Assembly (NCBI GenBank): GCA_038896535.1
Contig: JAWACY010000001.1
Span: forward strand, 192,001-256,000
Direction: 5' to 3'
Length of the DNA stretch: 64,000 nucleotides
Origin: Candidatus Anstonellales archaeon
GTDB lineage: Archaea > Micrarchaeota > Micrarchaeia > Anstonellales > J096
Part shown: positions 38,946 to 50,103 of the stretch, piece by piece
Layout of the letters: each line of letters begins with the position of its first letter
How positions within the stretch are numbered: the first letter of the stretch is position 1
The notes under the pieces: model-generated
Seen by the model: only the letters and a program-made list of their open reading frames with translations
Database searches by the model: none
What the model was told of the DNA's origin: nothing
Made by a program: the position numbers and the translations under genes

Positions 38946-40967
38946 ATGCATGCTCTAGATTTTGAATCATTTTTTGACAGATTTTTTTCAAATGCTTATA
39001 TAAATCATGTAAAGCTACTAATGGCTAATTTTCCAAAGAAAAAAAGCTTGAACATTGATTGGCATGATATTGAAAGATATGATCAAATAATTGCAGATGA
39101 GATATTAAAAAATCCTGAGCAGGCAATAGAAGGGGCAAAGGCAGCTTTAAGAAATTTTGCTGAATTTTCAAGATATGGAAATGTTCCAAATCCAAGGTTT
39201 TATAACTTGCCCCAAACATCGAGCTTTTTTATAGAGAGCATAGGCTCAAAGCACATAAATCAATTAATATCATTTAAAGGGCTTGTATCAAGAAGGGGGG
39301 AAGCATTAAATAAAGCAAGGATTCTTTTTTATAAATGTTCAAATTGTGAGGAGATCTTTAAAATCATAGTAGATGAAAATTTTGTTAAACCAAACAAATG
39401 TAAAAAATGCAATAAAGGCAGTTTAAGGCAAATGACAGAGAGAAGCAGCTTTATTGATTATCAAAGAATAGAAGTGCAGGACCTTCTTGAAAGGGTAATG
39501 CCAGGAACTCAAGCAGCTAAAATATATTGCATAGTAGAAGATGATCTTGTTAATTACGTAGTCCCAGGGGATAATGTTGAAATAACAGGCGTATTAAAAA
39601 TAAATCAATCAAGGGCTGGCAATAACCTTTTTAGCAATTATGTTGAAGTTGTGCATATAAATAAACTTAAGAAGGAATTTGAAGAGCTTGATATAACAAA
39701 TGAAGATAGAGAAAAAATACATAATTTTGCTAAATCGCAAGATGTTACAAATGAAATAGCACAGCTTATAGCCCCCGATATATATGGTTATGATGAAATA
39801 AAAATTGCATTAGCATTACAGCTTTTTGGTGGGACTAAAGATAAAGTTTCTCCAGCAGGTATGCAATTAAGAGATAATATACATGTATTACTTATAGGCG
39901 ATCCAGGCATAGCAAAAACGAAATTTTTACAAGAAGTGTGCAGCATTGCTCCAAAAAGTATATATGTAAGCGGAAAAGGTGTTAGTGGAGCAGGTTTAAC
40001 GGCAACAGCAGAAAAGGATGAGTTATCTGGTGGTGGATGGACATTAAAAGCAGGGGCTTTAGTATTAGCAAGCGGAGGCATAGCAGCAATAGATGAATTT
40101 GATAAAATAGACGATACTGACAGAGCAGCATTGCACGAAGTAATGGAAAGCGGAAAAATAAGCATGGCAAAAGCTGGAATTGTTGCAACGTTCAAAGCTA
40201 AAACATCAATATTGGCAGCAGCAAATCCAAAGCTTGGCAGGTTTATTGACTCTAAAAATATAACCGAGCAATTTAATATACCGCCATCCCTATTAACAAG
40301 ATTCGATTTAATATTTCCAATAAGAGATATATCAAGTGAAGAAAAAGATAGAAAGCTGGCAAGACATATTCTGAATTTGCATTTACAATCAAAAAATGAA
40401 AGCGACGAGCAAATAAAAGAAAAGAAAATATTCATAAGGAAATATATCGCCTATGCCAGAACACACATAAACCCAAGGCTTACAAAGGAAGCAATGGAAG
40501 AATTAGAAAACTTTTATACAGAAATGAGAAGGGCAGGGGAAAAAACTGGCACTGTAGCAATAACACCAAGATATCTTGAAGGCATTATAAGAATTGCAGA
40601 AGCACATGCGAAAATGAGATTGAGCCATAGAGTCGAGCTGAGAGATGTTGAAGTGGCAATAAAGCTTATGAAGAAAATGCTTTATGAGATAATGACAGAT
40701 AAGGAAACTGGTGTGCTTGATGTTGATATCATACATTCTGGAGTAAGTGCAAAACAGAGAGATTTAATGAACTTTGTTATATCAATAATACAAAAATTAC
40801 AAAAGGAATATGATAGTGTAGAAAGAAGAATGGTCATAGAAGAAGCAAGGCATTTAAGGCCAGATGTTGATGAGAACAAAATAAATGAAATAATAGAGAA
40901 GGCAAAAAAAGAAGGCCTTTTATATGAGCCCGGCCATGGTTTAATAAAGATTATTGAGACGGATTAA
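38946..40967 (+). CDS. mcm: Replicative helicase MCM
   Basis: Zn finger, GDPGIAKT Walker A, IDEFDK Walker B, AAANP, TRFD Arg finger, ITPRYLE; no intein. Confidence 0.97.
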   Translation: MHALDFESFFDRFFSNAYINHVKLLMANFPKKKSLNIDWHDIERYDQIIADEILKNPEQAIEGAKAALRNFAEFSRYGNVPNPRFYNLPQTSSFFIESIGSKHINQLISFKGLVSRRGEALNKARILFYKCSNCEEIFKIIVDENFVKPNKCKKCNKGSLRQMTERSSFIDYQRIEVQDLLERVMPGTQAAKIYCIVEDDLVNYVVPGDNVEITGVLKINQSRAGNNLFSNYVEVVHINKLKKEFEELDITNEDREKIHNFAKSQDVTNEIAQLIAPDIYGYDEIKIALALQLFGGTKDKVSPAGMQLRDNIHVLLIGDPGIAKTKFLQEVCSIAPKSIYVSGKGVSGAGLTATAEKDELSGGGWTLKAGALVLASGGIAAIDEFDKIDDTDRAALHEVMESGKISMAKAGIVATFKAKTSILAAANPKLGRFIDSKNITEQFNIPPSLLTRFDLIFPIRDISSEEKDRKLARHILNLHLQSKNESDEQIKEKKIFIRKYIAYARTHINPRLTKEAMEELENFYTEMRRAGEKTGTVAITPRYLEGIIRIAEAHAKMRLSHRVELRDVEVAIKLMKKMLYEIMTDKETGVLDVDIIHSGVSAKQRDLMNFVISIIQKLQKEYDSVERRMVIEEARHLRPDVDENKINEIIEKAKKEGLLYEPGHGLIKIIETD

Positions 40968-41008
40968 TAGAAATATAATGGGATATGAATAGGGAGTAGA
41001 GTGGTTAA

Positions 41009-41803
41009 ATGGTTGTATTGGAACATTTCTTTAAATATGCATTTGTCATAATAATATCATATTTACTTGCAATAGCAACTTTATCAAATCAAAGTCAACC
41101 ATTGCAACAATTGCCTCCAAATGAGGAAGTTGCAATAACAAGTTTTATTTTCTTTCTTATTGGTGCTTTGCTTATTTTCATAGCAATAAAATATCTGAAT
41201 GTCGGTTTTTTGCTGAACATTTTTGAATTTATTCTTTTATTTTTCTCTTCATATGTTATTGCATATGCTCTGCTTCAAAATTATGGCCTTGCTTTAATAG
41301 CAGCAATAGCAACAACATTTTTAAGGGCGCTTAGATTTATCTCAATGAATAACGCTGCATTAATAACAAGTATTGGCGGCGCTTTAATAATAGGTGTAAT
41401 TTTTCCAATATTTCCCCTAATAATTTTTGCCTTTTTGCTTGTTTTGTATGACATATTCGCTGTATTCATATCTGGCCACATGATAGAGCTGGCGCATATA
41501 GCAAAAAAGCAAGAAGCAGCAATGGCAATAGAGACAAAGCAGATAAAAAAAATTGGCAGGAAAAAAGCAATATTATCTATCATTATGGGGACTGGTGATT
41601 TTGTATTGCCCTCAGCAATTGCTATAAGCTCTATTCAACAATCAATGCCTTTAAGCTTGTATATGCTTCTTGCTGGTTTAATTGGCTATTGGTTTGTCAT
41701 GCTTGTACTTTATAAACTAAAAAGGCCTTTGCCTGCCCTGCCATTTATACTTTTCCCGCAATTTATCATATTTTTGTTGTATTTTTTGGGTTTTAGTATA
41801 TAA
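41009..41803 (+). CDS. Presenilin/signal-peptide-peptidase family intramembrane aspartyl protease
   Basis: LYDIFAV, MGTGDF and LPALP motifs in a multi-TM protein. Confidence 0.92.
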   Translation: MVVLEHFFKYAFVIIISYLLAIATLSNQSQPLQQLPPNEEVAITSFIFFLIGALLIFIAIKYLNVGFLLNIFEFILLFFSSYVIAYALLQNYGLALIAAIATTFLRALRFISMNNAALITSIGGALIIGVIFPIFPLIIFAFLLVLYDIFAVFISGHMIELAHIAKKQEAAMAIETKQIKKIGRKKAILSIIMGTGDFVLPSAIAISSIQQSMPLSLYMLLAGLIGYWFVMLVLYKLKRPLPALPFILFPQFIIFLLYFLGFSI

Positions 41804-41877
41804 TTTATAAATCTTTATAGCAATAAATTTTATATATAGCATTTAATATAGTTATTAATGTTTGAGTAAATGCTTTA

Positions 41878-44800
41878 ATGGTTGGTCATATGGGGAATAA
41901 AAATTTTATGTATGGCATAAAACATGGCATAAAGCATTGCCCAAATATTTTTTTAATTGCGCTTTTGATTATAATATTAACAAATATTTCGTTTTCACTT
42001 AACTTCATATCAACAATAGAAAAAAAAGGCAATGAAATAGAGATAACATTTTATCCATATAAAATTCAAGAACTTCCATATCAATCAAACCCAAGGCAGA
42101 CAACAATACAGATATTGCCATACAACCAAGCTGATATAGAAAGCTTTACTTATTATGTTGAAATAATAAATGCTTCTGGCTCAGTAATATCTTCTTTTTC
42201 AGATTCACAACTCAAAACTTCTATGAAAAGGGGCACAATAAATTTTAATAATGCAAACATACAGGGAGTTATATTTACAATACCTAGCCCTGCTTTAAAT
42301 CAGGAATGTGCAATTGTAAAATTAAGTATAGCCGGCATAATAGAAGAAAACAATGCCAGAAATTCATTTGATGAAAAAAGACAAGAAGTGATATGTGAAA
42401 AATCATACCCCCTGGCTTTTAGACAAGGCCTTTCTGATTTATTAACTGCTATTAATTCAAATGCTGGAGTGTGTTACTCAATATTATTCATTTTTGTTTT
42501 TGCTGCTGCTGCATATTATGCTAGATTTGGAAGTACAATAATATCATTATATGATGTTGTAAGTCCGAAAGTATTCAAACTTAAAGAGCCGATATATTCT
42601 TTAATGAGTGTTTCTCCAAGAGGAGAAATAGCAAAAAAGCTTGAAGAAGCAGATAGAAAAGTAAGAGCCGCTCTATATAAAGATTATGAAGAAAAGCTCA
42701 AACAAGCAGGGATAAATGAAGGAAAGCAATTAAGTTCTTCTGTATTTGAGAAACATCTATTAACTGATAAAAAGTATAAGGAGATAATTGAAGAGATAAA
42801 AAAGAACATTGATACAGGAGAAAAAATCATAGAACGGTCTAATTTTTCAAAAGAGGAAAAAAAACTCCTCCGAACATATTTAATATTATTGATGCTTGAA
42901 CAGATAAAAAGTCCATTTGCTCCAGCAAGCGGCGTAGCAAGGCCAGAAGCAAAAAGAGTTGCGGCTGTTTTGAGGCCTTTTAAATATGTTGGCAAAATTA
43001 AAGAGGTTAAGTATATTGGAAAACCATTAAATTGGCTTGCTTTGCCGTTGGTGTTAACATCAAAACAAATAGCATCATCTGCTTATACTATTTCAAAAGC
43101 GCCAAGAGCAGTTATAGAATATTTTGGCTTGGGTGAAGCTGCCAGACAAGCAAGAAAAGCAATTATTGAGAAAGAAATAGAGCCAAAAGGCGAAAAAGAG
43201 AAAAGAATGCGCAATATCATAGAACTATTAGCAGGCCCAGAAAAGAAGCATAACATCATTGACATAGCTGTATTTAACAAAATGCCTTCAGAAATAGAGG
43301 ATCATTTAAGAAGAGGGCTTGCTGTTCAAGCTATTGAAATAGCCCTTGATAAAAACAGAGAGTTAAAGACAGCATTTAGAGAAATGCAAGAAGAACTTGC
43401 TAATTTTAAAAGCAGCAAGGACATAACAAACAAAATAAATTCAATAATTGAAAGATTTGGGTCAGATAAAGATAGGGAAAATTTAAAGCTTATAATTGAG
43501 ATCATTAAGGCAGAAAACAGTTATGGAATGCTTGAACTGTTTAATAAATTTTTAGATAAGAATAATATAGATGATCAGATAAAGGGAAAGATAAATGACA
43601 TAATAAAATTGAAGGACAAAGGGATTACAAATATTGAATTAAACATTTTATTTAGCGATTTTATATCAAGAGATTTGCACGATTTTTCTGTTAGGCAAAG
43701 GCTTATAGGACCATATGGAGATGAATCAAGAGATAAAAATAAAAAAACTAAAGACGCCCTTTTTTATCTATTTTTGAACCACCTATATAATGAGTTTATA
43801 TTTTTATTTGATAAGCAGCAGTTATCAAACCTTGATGAAGGAGCATTTATTTTATGCGCAAAAATAGCAGCACGCATGGCTTCATATGAAGCTATAAAGG
43901 CGATATACGGGCATGCAGAGAAAGCAGAAATAATTGCTAATTTCTATTCAGCATTAAAAGGAAAGCTTGAAAAAGGGGATAAAGAGCAAAAAGCACTGGC
44001 AGCATTAATTGACATTGAAATAATTAAGAGAAGAGCAGAGCAAGCAGAAGAGCATTATAAAAACATAGTTGATTATGCAGATAGGATTAAAGAGAGACTT
44101 AATATTGATATTAAGGGAAAGCTTTATGATTACATTTTTTCACATGAAAAAGAATTTTCTATTCCAGATGAAATGGCTAGGCCTGCATATATAGGGTTCA
44201 GGCCACAAAAAATAACAAATGAGGATATAGAATTCATTAATAAAGCAAGCATTAATATGCTTCCAGTTTATTTAACTGAAAAATACTACAAATTTAACAT
44301 ATCGCTTTTAAATGAAATTACAAATTCATTAAGAGGGGCAATATCAGAAGTCGGCGTTTTTAAAGAAAGGTTTTCATCTAATGTATTGAGTTTAACACTC
44401 CAGACATTACTTGAAGAAAGGTCTGACAGGCTTTTGGGCTCTGGCATAGATGAGTTAAGAATGAAAAAAGACCTTTTATTGGGCTACATAATTTATATAA
44501 GCGAGAGGTATGACATTAGAGATAATGAAGGCATATATAAAAAACTGGAGGAAATTTCTAAAAACGGAATATCTGAAACAGAACTTGAAATAGCAAGTAA
44601 AAGAGGATTTTTGATAGGAAAAACAAAAGACAATGAAGTAATATTAATACCAACAGCAAGCGTTATGAACAAAGTTTTAATATCAGAGAAAGAAAAGAAC
44701 AGTTTTCTTGGTTTTAGTGATAACACTAAAGAGAGGATAATGTCGAAATTAGAAAGGATAAAAGAAAATCCATTACTGTTCCTTGAGAGATTATCAACAT

Positions 44801-46800
44801 TTTATATAACCATAAGCGGAATTGAAGAGTATTATATACTAACAAATGATGGCGGTGTGCCAAAGTTAAATAGTTTAAAGCCTTCAGAAGCTTATATAGA
44901 CAGTGAAACAAAGGAAAGAATAGAGAATGTATTAAAAGCATTAGAGCAAAAATTAGGGCAAAAAATGCAATTAACTGATTTATTCAATGCAGATGTTAAT
45001 AAATTTAATGATTATATAAAACAATTACAGAAAAATGGCTTATCAGAACTAGACATTTTCAAGCTTGCTTATTCATATTATAAGCATAAAAAAGAAATTA
45101 ATGAAAGGATATATCTTGGCGATATAGATGTTTTTAGAAATCCACAAGATTATAATTTAATAATAGGAACAAAAGAAGAAATAAAACAAAAGCTCATTCA
45201 ACTAAAACAGCTCTCTCCTTTGTTTGAGGCTCTATCACCCGGAGCAGAAAATATAGAAAGTATAAAAGCAACAAAGTTCAAATTCAAAAATGCAATGCAG
45301 GAACTTTTTGAAGGTTTCATAAATACTCCTTTATCTATTTATCAAGCCCTACATCCATTTGAGGGCATAGAATATATGCCTTATATTAACGCCATGAACT
45401 TTTACAGAGTTGAAGAAATAAAGGAATTGGCAAAGCGTACTGGAGATATAGATAAGGAAAATTTCAAAGAAGCAATAAAGCTTTATGAAGAGCATTTTAA
45501 TTCAATGGGTTTCTTCCTTGACAGGAGTGCAAATAATGTTGTAGCTTCATATTTAGATGATGAGCATACAAAATATGCAATAGCCAAACATTATAGAGGA
45601 AGCATATTTGTTCCAGCAGGATTTTTAACTGGAAAAGAAGGAGTTATAAATATAAATAAATCAATGTATATAGATGCTCCACTTTTGGGGCTTTATTCCC
45701 CAATATTCTCTATAGCAACAAGATTAGCAGAACCAAAGATAAAATTACTTGCTTTAGTAAATCAAGCGCTTTATAGGCCTAGATATTATAATACAGGTTA
45801 TGATATATCTCATGATTATGACGAAAATCTGCGTGAATACTTAGAGAAAAAATATAATATGAGAGAACAGGAAATTAAATTTTTGGGCCATATAAGAAAT
45901 GTTTCTGGTAATTATTTTAATTATACAGCAGAAACAACTGCTATAAGGCATGCAGCAGCACTAAGACATGCAATATCACTTGGAGCTGGCTATTCAGTTC
46001 CTCTTGCCACAGCTTTATTTGGGGCTATGTTTGGGCCAGTAGGTTTAATGTTAACTGAAAGCGCAAGGTTAATGACTTCTTCATTTTATGGCACTAAATA
46101 TAGCTATCTTGATAAATTTTTAATGAGGTTAAACAAAGATGAATTAAATTCATACATAACATTGAATGACCTTTATTATAGAGCAGCATTGCATCAAGAA
46201 CAATTGCAATGGTATAAAAGAGGCATAGCTTCTGCTTATGGGCCGATAGGAGCAGTTTTAGGTTATGGTTACTACTCATATATGACAGGCCAGCTAAGGC
46301 CAGAACCAGCACTCATAAGGAGCTATGCCAGATGGATGCAAAGATATGAGAATAAGCCATTTGATATAAATGCATATCAAATAGCATTAAATCTTGGCAA
46401 TTACAGGCTTGCTGATACTGATATGCTTGAAGCAGCTGAAAAAACAGCAGCAATTAAAGAATGGGGGAAGCTTGAATGGAATAAACTTGCTTATACATTT
46501 ATTTTTCCTTCATTAATAGTGAATTTTGCAATTGAAAACATGGCACATTATGGAAAAGGCCTATATAAAGAAGGAAAAGCAAGAGGCTTAAAAGCTGCTG
46601 GTAAGAAAGTAGCTAAGGACATATCCGCTGTTTCAGCTACAACATTATTATTATATCTAAGTCCAGCAGCTGCTGTTGTTGTCCCCTCATATATATTAAA
46701 ACATTCTTTGGCAAGCATTAGAGCAATATGTCCAAATTGTAAGAGAGAAAGGCAAAAAAATGTCGAATGTCCATATTGTGGTTATGTAGGATTTGTTTAA
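41878..46800 (+). CDS. Giant (1640 aa) membrane-associated hypothetical protein with C-terminal Zn ribbon
   Basis: Uninterrupted ORF; N-terminal signal, TM near aa 200-215, Gly-rich hydrophobic helices near the C-terminus, CPNC...CPYC. Confidence 0.8.
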   Translation: MVGHMGNKNFMYGIKHGIKHCPNIFLIALLIIILTNISFSLNFISTIEKKGNEIEITFYPYKIQELPYQSNPRQTTIQILPYNQADIESFTYYVEIINASGSVISSFSDSQLKTSMKRGTINFNNANIQGVIFTIPSPALNQECAIVKLSIAGIIEENNARNSFDEKRQEVICEKSYPLAFRQGLSDLLTAINSNAGVCYSILFIFVFAAAAYYARFGSTIISLYDVVSPKVFKLKEPIYSLMSVSPRGEIAKKLEEADRKVRAALYKDYEEKLKQAGINEGKQLSSSVFEKHLLTDKKYKEIIEEIKKNIDTGEKIIERSNFSKEEKKLLRTYLILLMLEQIKSPFAPASGVARPEAKRVAAVLRPFKYVGKIKEVKYIGKPLNWLALPLVLTSKQIASSAYTISKAPRAVIEYFGLGEAARQARKAIIEKEIEPKGEKEKRMRNIIELLAGPEKKHNIIDIAVFNKMPSEIEDHLRRGLAVQAIEIALDKNRELKTAFREMQEELANFKSSKDITNKINSIIERFGSDKDRENLKLIIEIIKAENSYGMLELFNKFLDKNNIDDQIKGKINDIIKLKDKGITNIELNILFSDFISRDLHDFSVRQRLIGPYGDESRDKNKKTKDALFYLFLNHLYNEFIFLFDKQQLSNLDEGAFILCAKIAARMASYEAIKAIYGHAEKAEIIANFYSALKGKLEKGDKEQKALAALIDIEIIKRRAEQAEEHYKNIVDYADRIKERLNIDIKGKLYDYIFSHEKEFSIPDEMARPAYIGFRPQKITNEDIEFINKASINMLPVYLTEKYYKFNISLLNEITNSLRGAISEVGVFKERFSSNVLSLTLQTLLEERSDRLLGSGIDELRMKKDLLLGYIIYISERYDIRDNEGIYKKLEEISKNGISETELEIASKRGFLIGKTKDNEVILIPTASVMNKVLISEKEKNSFLGFSDNTKERIMSKLERIKENPLLFLERLSTFYITISGIEEYYILTNDGGVPKLNSLKPSEAYIDSETKERIENVLKALEQKLGQKMQLTDLFNADVNKFNDYIKQLQKNGLSELDIFKLAYSYYKHKKEINERIYLGDIDVFRNPQDYNLIIGTKEEIKQKLIQLKQLSPLFEALSPGAENIESIKATKFKFKNAMQELFEGFINTPLSIYQALHPFEGIEYMPYINAMNFYRVEEIKELAKRTGDIDKENFKEAIKLYEEHFNSMGFFLDRSANNVVASYLDDEHTKYAIAKHYRGSIFVPAGFLTGKEGVININKSMYIDAPLLGLYSPIFSIATRLAEPKIKLLALVNQALYRPRYYNTGYDISHDYDENLREYLEKKYNMREQEIKFLGHIRNVSGNYFNYTAETTAIRHAAALRHAISLGAGYSVPLATALFGAMFGPVGLMLTESARLMTSSFYGTKYSYLDKFLMRLNKDELNSYITLNDLYYRAALHQEQLQWYKRGIASAYGPIGAVLGYGYYSYMTGQLRPEPALIRSYARWMQRYENKPFDINAYQIALNLGNYRLADTDMLEAAEKTAAIKEWGKLEWNKLAYTFIFPSLIVNFAIENMAHYGKGLYKEGKARGLKAAGKKVAKDISAVSATTLLLYLSPAAAVVVPSYILKHSLASIRAICPNCKRERQKNVECPYCGYVGFV

Positions 46801-46856
46801 TTCATTATTCCTATCAGTTAGTCTTATCAAATAGCAAATAGATAATTATAAATTTT

Positions 46857-47258
46857 TTATAAATCCTGTATTCTATAAGGTGATAAGATCTTTTCTGCTT
46901 TTCTCTTTTTATTGACTGATAAAGATATAAGCGTATTTATGCCATCTCTACTTACTACATAGAGGTTCTTTATATTAATTTTATTTTTTGCAAGTAATTC
47001 AGTAATCTTTGAAAGTTCTCCTGGCCTATCTTTCAATTTTATCATTATTGAATCTTCACTCATTACATTAAAGCCATTCTTTTTCAAAACCTGCATTGCC
47101 TTTTTAAAATCTTTAACTGTCATTGATATAATTGCTTTTTTTCCTACTGTATGGCCAACAATATTCTCTATGTTTATTTTCTCTTTCCCCATTATATAAC
47201 TTATGTCATTAAGCAAACCTATCCTGTCGTTCTCAACTAATACTATTGTTTTTACCAT
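46857..47258 (-). CDS. Tandem ACT-domain protein
   Basis: ENDRIGLLNDI and KDRPGELSKI ACT motifs. Confidence 0.88.
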   Translation of the reverse strand: MVKTIVLVENDRIGLLNDISYIMGKEKINIENIVGHTVGKKAIISMTVKDFKKAMQVLKKNGFNVMSEDSIMIKLKDRPGELSKITELLAKNKINIKNLYVVSRDGINTLISLSVNKKRKAEKILSPYRIQDL

Positions 47259-47321
47259 TCTAACCCCCTATATTTATTTTTGCATAATATTTAATAATAT
47301 TTGCTTAATTATATGAGCCTT

Positions 47322-47861
47322 TTATATAAGGCCTTTGCTTGATAAAAGGCCAAGCGCTGCCTTTACTTCTCCATCAAGTGTTAATCTGGCACTGTTTAAT
47401 ACTGCATCAACAATATCAGCAGCATTGTATATATCTATGCCATAAACTGCCATATACCTAGCTCTATTTCTATAATCCCTGTCTAATACATATGCCTTTG
47501 CACTTTCTATTGGTATGCTGTCTCTTTTTGCTATTCTGTTTGCTCTTACTTCAAGAGGGGCATGTAAGAAAATTTTTAAATCTGCTTCAACATTCCATAT
47601 AGCAAGCCAGCTAGCCATTATGACATTTTGCTCCTTTGAAAACTGCTCCCTTATTTTTTCATCAAATAGCCTATCTACCCTGAAATCCTTTTGTGCTATT
47701 GATTCATATTCTGCCAGACTCATTTTTAATTGGGCAGCAATATCCTTAAATGAAGGAACCATTAATTTTACATCTAAGCCCCTATCCTTAATTGCGCTAT
47801 GCAGTGCCTTTGCAAAAACAGTCTTTCCAGAACCAGCAAGGCCGGATATAGCAACTTTCAT
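47322..47861 (-). CDS. cmk: Cytidylate kinase (archaeal type)
   Basis: ISGLAGSGKT, APLEVRANRIAKRD, RDYRNRARY..VYGID. Confidence 0.88.
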   Translation of the reverse strand: MKVAISGLAGSGKTVFAKALHSAIKDRGLDVKLMVPSFKDIAAQLKMSLAEYESIAQKDFRVDRLFDEKIREQFSKEQNVIMASWLAIWNVEADLKIFLHAPLEVRANRIAKRDSIPIESAKAYVLDRDYRNRARYMAVYGIDIYNAADIVDAVLNSARLTLDGEVKAALGLLSSKGLI

Positions 47862-47891
47862 GAATATAAATGTAGGGCTTTATTTAAAAAC

Positions 47892-49460
47892 TTAATGATT
47901 TGATTCAAAAAAGGCTTTGTTATAAGCATCTACGAATGCATTGATGCTTGCTTTTATTATATCTCTATCAACTGCTCTGCCAAAATATACTTTTCCATTC
48001 TCATGTTCAAGCTTGATAAAAACTTCTCCCTCTGTATCTGTGCCTGAACCTATTGCATCTATTCTGAATTTAACAAGCTTTAAATCAGGTAGTTTTTTTA
48101 ATGCCTTTTTTATTGCATCGATTGCTGCGTCTATGGGCCCCGTACCAATCCCGCTTGCTTCGTATATTTTTCCATTAAATAATAATTCCACTCTTGCTAT
48201 TGGTTTTATATTATTGCCAGTCGTTACTAAAAATTCTTTTAATTCAAGCCCCCCTTGCTTTGTTTTTCCAGTTATGTTCTCTACAATGCTTAAAACATCT
48301 CTCTCTGTTATTGCATTGCCTTTATCAGCATATTCCTTTATCTTTCTCATTACAATTGCAAGTTCATTTTCATCCAGCATTACGCCGTATTTTTCAACTA
48401 TTGCTCTTATTGCATGAGCCCCAGAATGTTTTCCAATTATTATCGTTCTTTTATTGCCAACAAGCTCTGGTGAATATGGCTCATATGTTAATGCATTGCC
48501 CATAACGCCATGTACATGTATTCCAGATTCATGAGAAAATGCATTTCTACCAACAACCGGAGCATTTGGCGGTATTGATATGCCAATATATTTTTCAACT
48601 ATTTCGCTTACCCCCATTAGCATGTTTAGCTTTACTGTTTTTATGCCATAAAATGCATATAGGGATATAGCAACTTGTTCAAGAGAAGCATTTCCCCCCC
48701 TTTCTCCTATTCCATTTACTGTGCAATGCACTTGCATTGCCCCAGCTTCTACCCCTGCAAGAGAATTTGCAACAGCAAGGCCAAAATCATTATGACAATG
48801 CATGCTTATCGGTTTTTTTATGTGCTTTCTTATATTGCTTATAAGCTCAAATGTTGCTCTTGGAGTCATGACCCCTACTGTATCTGGAACATTTATTTTA
48901 TCTGCTCCGGCATCACAAGCACTTTTATAAACATCTAACAAATAATCCAGCTCAGTTCTTGTTGCATCTTCACAAGAGAATTCACATTTTAATCCAAGTT
49001 CTTTTATGTGCTCAACTGCTTCCATTGCCTTTTTCTTTATCTCTTCTTTGCTCATTTTTAGCTTATACTCTCTGTGTAGCTTGCTAGTGCCTATAAATGT
49101 ATGTATCCATTTAACATTTGTTTTTGCAGCTTTATCTATATCTTGCTTCAATGCTCTTGTTAATGCCATAACATCACATTTAGTTGTTTCTGCAATTTCT
49201 TTGACTGCATTGAATTCCCCCTCTGAGACAGATGGAAAACCTGCCTCAATGACATTAACCCCAAGTTTTTCGAGCCAATGTGCGATATCAAGCTTTTCAT
49301 CTTTTGTTAATGATGCCCCCGGAGTCTGCTCCCCATCTCTAAGTGTTGTGTCTAATATTAAAACCTTGCCGGGCAAGTTTAAATGTTTTTTTGTATCTTT
49401 TACATAATCACTTATAGCTATCTTGTTTCCTTCCCCTCTTTTCTTGTTCATAAATACCAC
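47892..49460 (-). CDS. leuA: 2-isopropylmalate/citramalate synthase family protein with C-terminal regulatory domain
   Basis: LDTTLRDGEQ, HCHNDFG, NGIGERGGN, HESGIH, GKHSG, GTGPIDA; LeuA versus CimA cannot be resolved by eye. Confidence 0.88.
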   Translation of the reverse strand: MVFMNKKRGEGNKIAISDYVKDTKKHLNLPGKVLILDTTLRDGEQTPGASLTKDEKLDIAHWLEKLGVNVIEAGFPSVSEGEFNAVKEIAETTKCDVMALTRALKQDIDKAAKTNVKWIHTFIGTSKLHREYKLKMSKEEIKKKAMEAVEHIKELGLKCEFSCEDATRTELDYLLDVYKSACDAGADKINVPDTVGVMTPRATFELISNIRKHIKKPISMHCHNDFGLAVANSLAGVEAGAMQVHCTVNGIGERGGNASLEQVAISLYAFYGIKTVKLNMLMGVSEIVEKYIGISIPPNAPVVGRNAFSHESGIHVHGVMGNALTYEPYSPELVGNKRTIIIGKHSGAHAIRAIVEKYGVMLDENELAIVMRKIKEYADKGNAITERDVLSIVENITGKTKQGGLELKEFLVTTGNNIKPIARVELLFNGKIYEASGIGTGPIDAAIDAIKKALKKLPDLKLVKFRIDAIGSGTDTEGEVFIKLEHENGKVYFGRAVDRDIIKASINAFVDAYNKAFFESNH

Positions 49461-49461
49461 C

Positions 49462-50103
49462 TCATTTACAATTTATTTTTTCTTTTATGCTTGCTTCATT
49501 CAATAAAGTGTCAAATTTTTTATCATCTATTATTAATGTAGGAGCGCTTGTTATATTATAATATGATACGATAACATTCAAAGGTGATAATCCCTTTACA
49601 TCTATTGGAAAAGCAAAAACTGCTGCATTATCGCATTTTTCCCTTATTACATCAAGCACATTTCCCTGCACTTTACATTCCGGGCAATCCTTGAATGCAA
49701 CATAAAAAAATAGTATATTACTTAAATTTTGTTGACAAACCTCTTTATATTCCCTTGTTAATAGATAAAGCTTAAAATTTGTTAAATAATATAGATTTCT
49801 TAATTCATTCGGGCTTATTAAAATGTTAATATTCTGGTCTTCAAGAGTGTTTCTAATCTTATTTGTTTCCTGCCATAACTCATAAACGGCGCTTTTTAAT
49901 GCAACGCAATTTGCCTTATTTTTTGTGCTTTGTATGAAAAGGATTGTTGTTGAACTGCTGTCTATTGCAATATTGAGCTCATTTATTGTATCCCTTATTT
50001 TATTTGTCCTATCTACCTCTATGTAGTAGCCTATGCCTATCGATATAATAAATAATATGAGCGCAACAGCAGCCCCTTTCCAATAAATGCTTTTATCTAC
50101 CAT
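49462..50103 (-). CDS. Membrane-anchored thioredoxin-like protein
   Basis: N-terminal TM, FFY...CPEC, YNITSAPTLII. Confidence 0.7.
   Translation of the reverse strand: MVDKSIYWKGAAVALILFIISIGIGYYIEVDRTNKIRDTINELNIAIDSSSTTILFIQSTKNKANCVALKSAVYELWQETNKIRNTLEDQNINILISPNELRNLYYLTNFKLYLLTREYKEVCQQNLSNILFFYVAFKDCPECKVQGNVLDVIREKCDNAAVFAFPIDVKGLSPLNVIVSYYNITSAPTLIIDDKKFDTLLNEASIKEKINCK

Noticed and set aside
39788..40435. 215-aa minus-strand ORF and the many similar short antisense ORFs in the track
   Set aside because: Shadows of well-supported genes (here mcm), produced by codon bias
38946..40967. Inteins in MCM (also checked RadA, GyrA/B, TFB, EF-2)
   Set aside because: Protein lengths are normal and the motifs are contiguous
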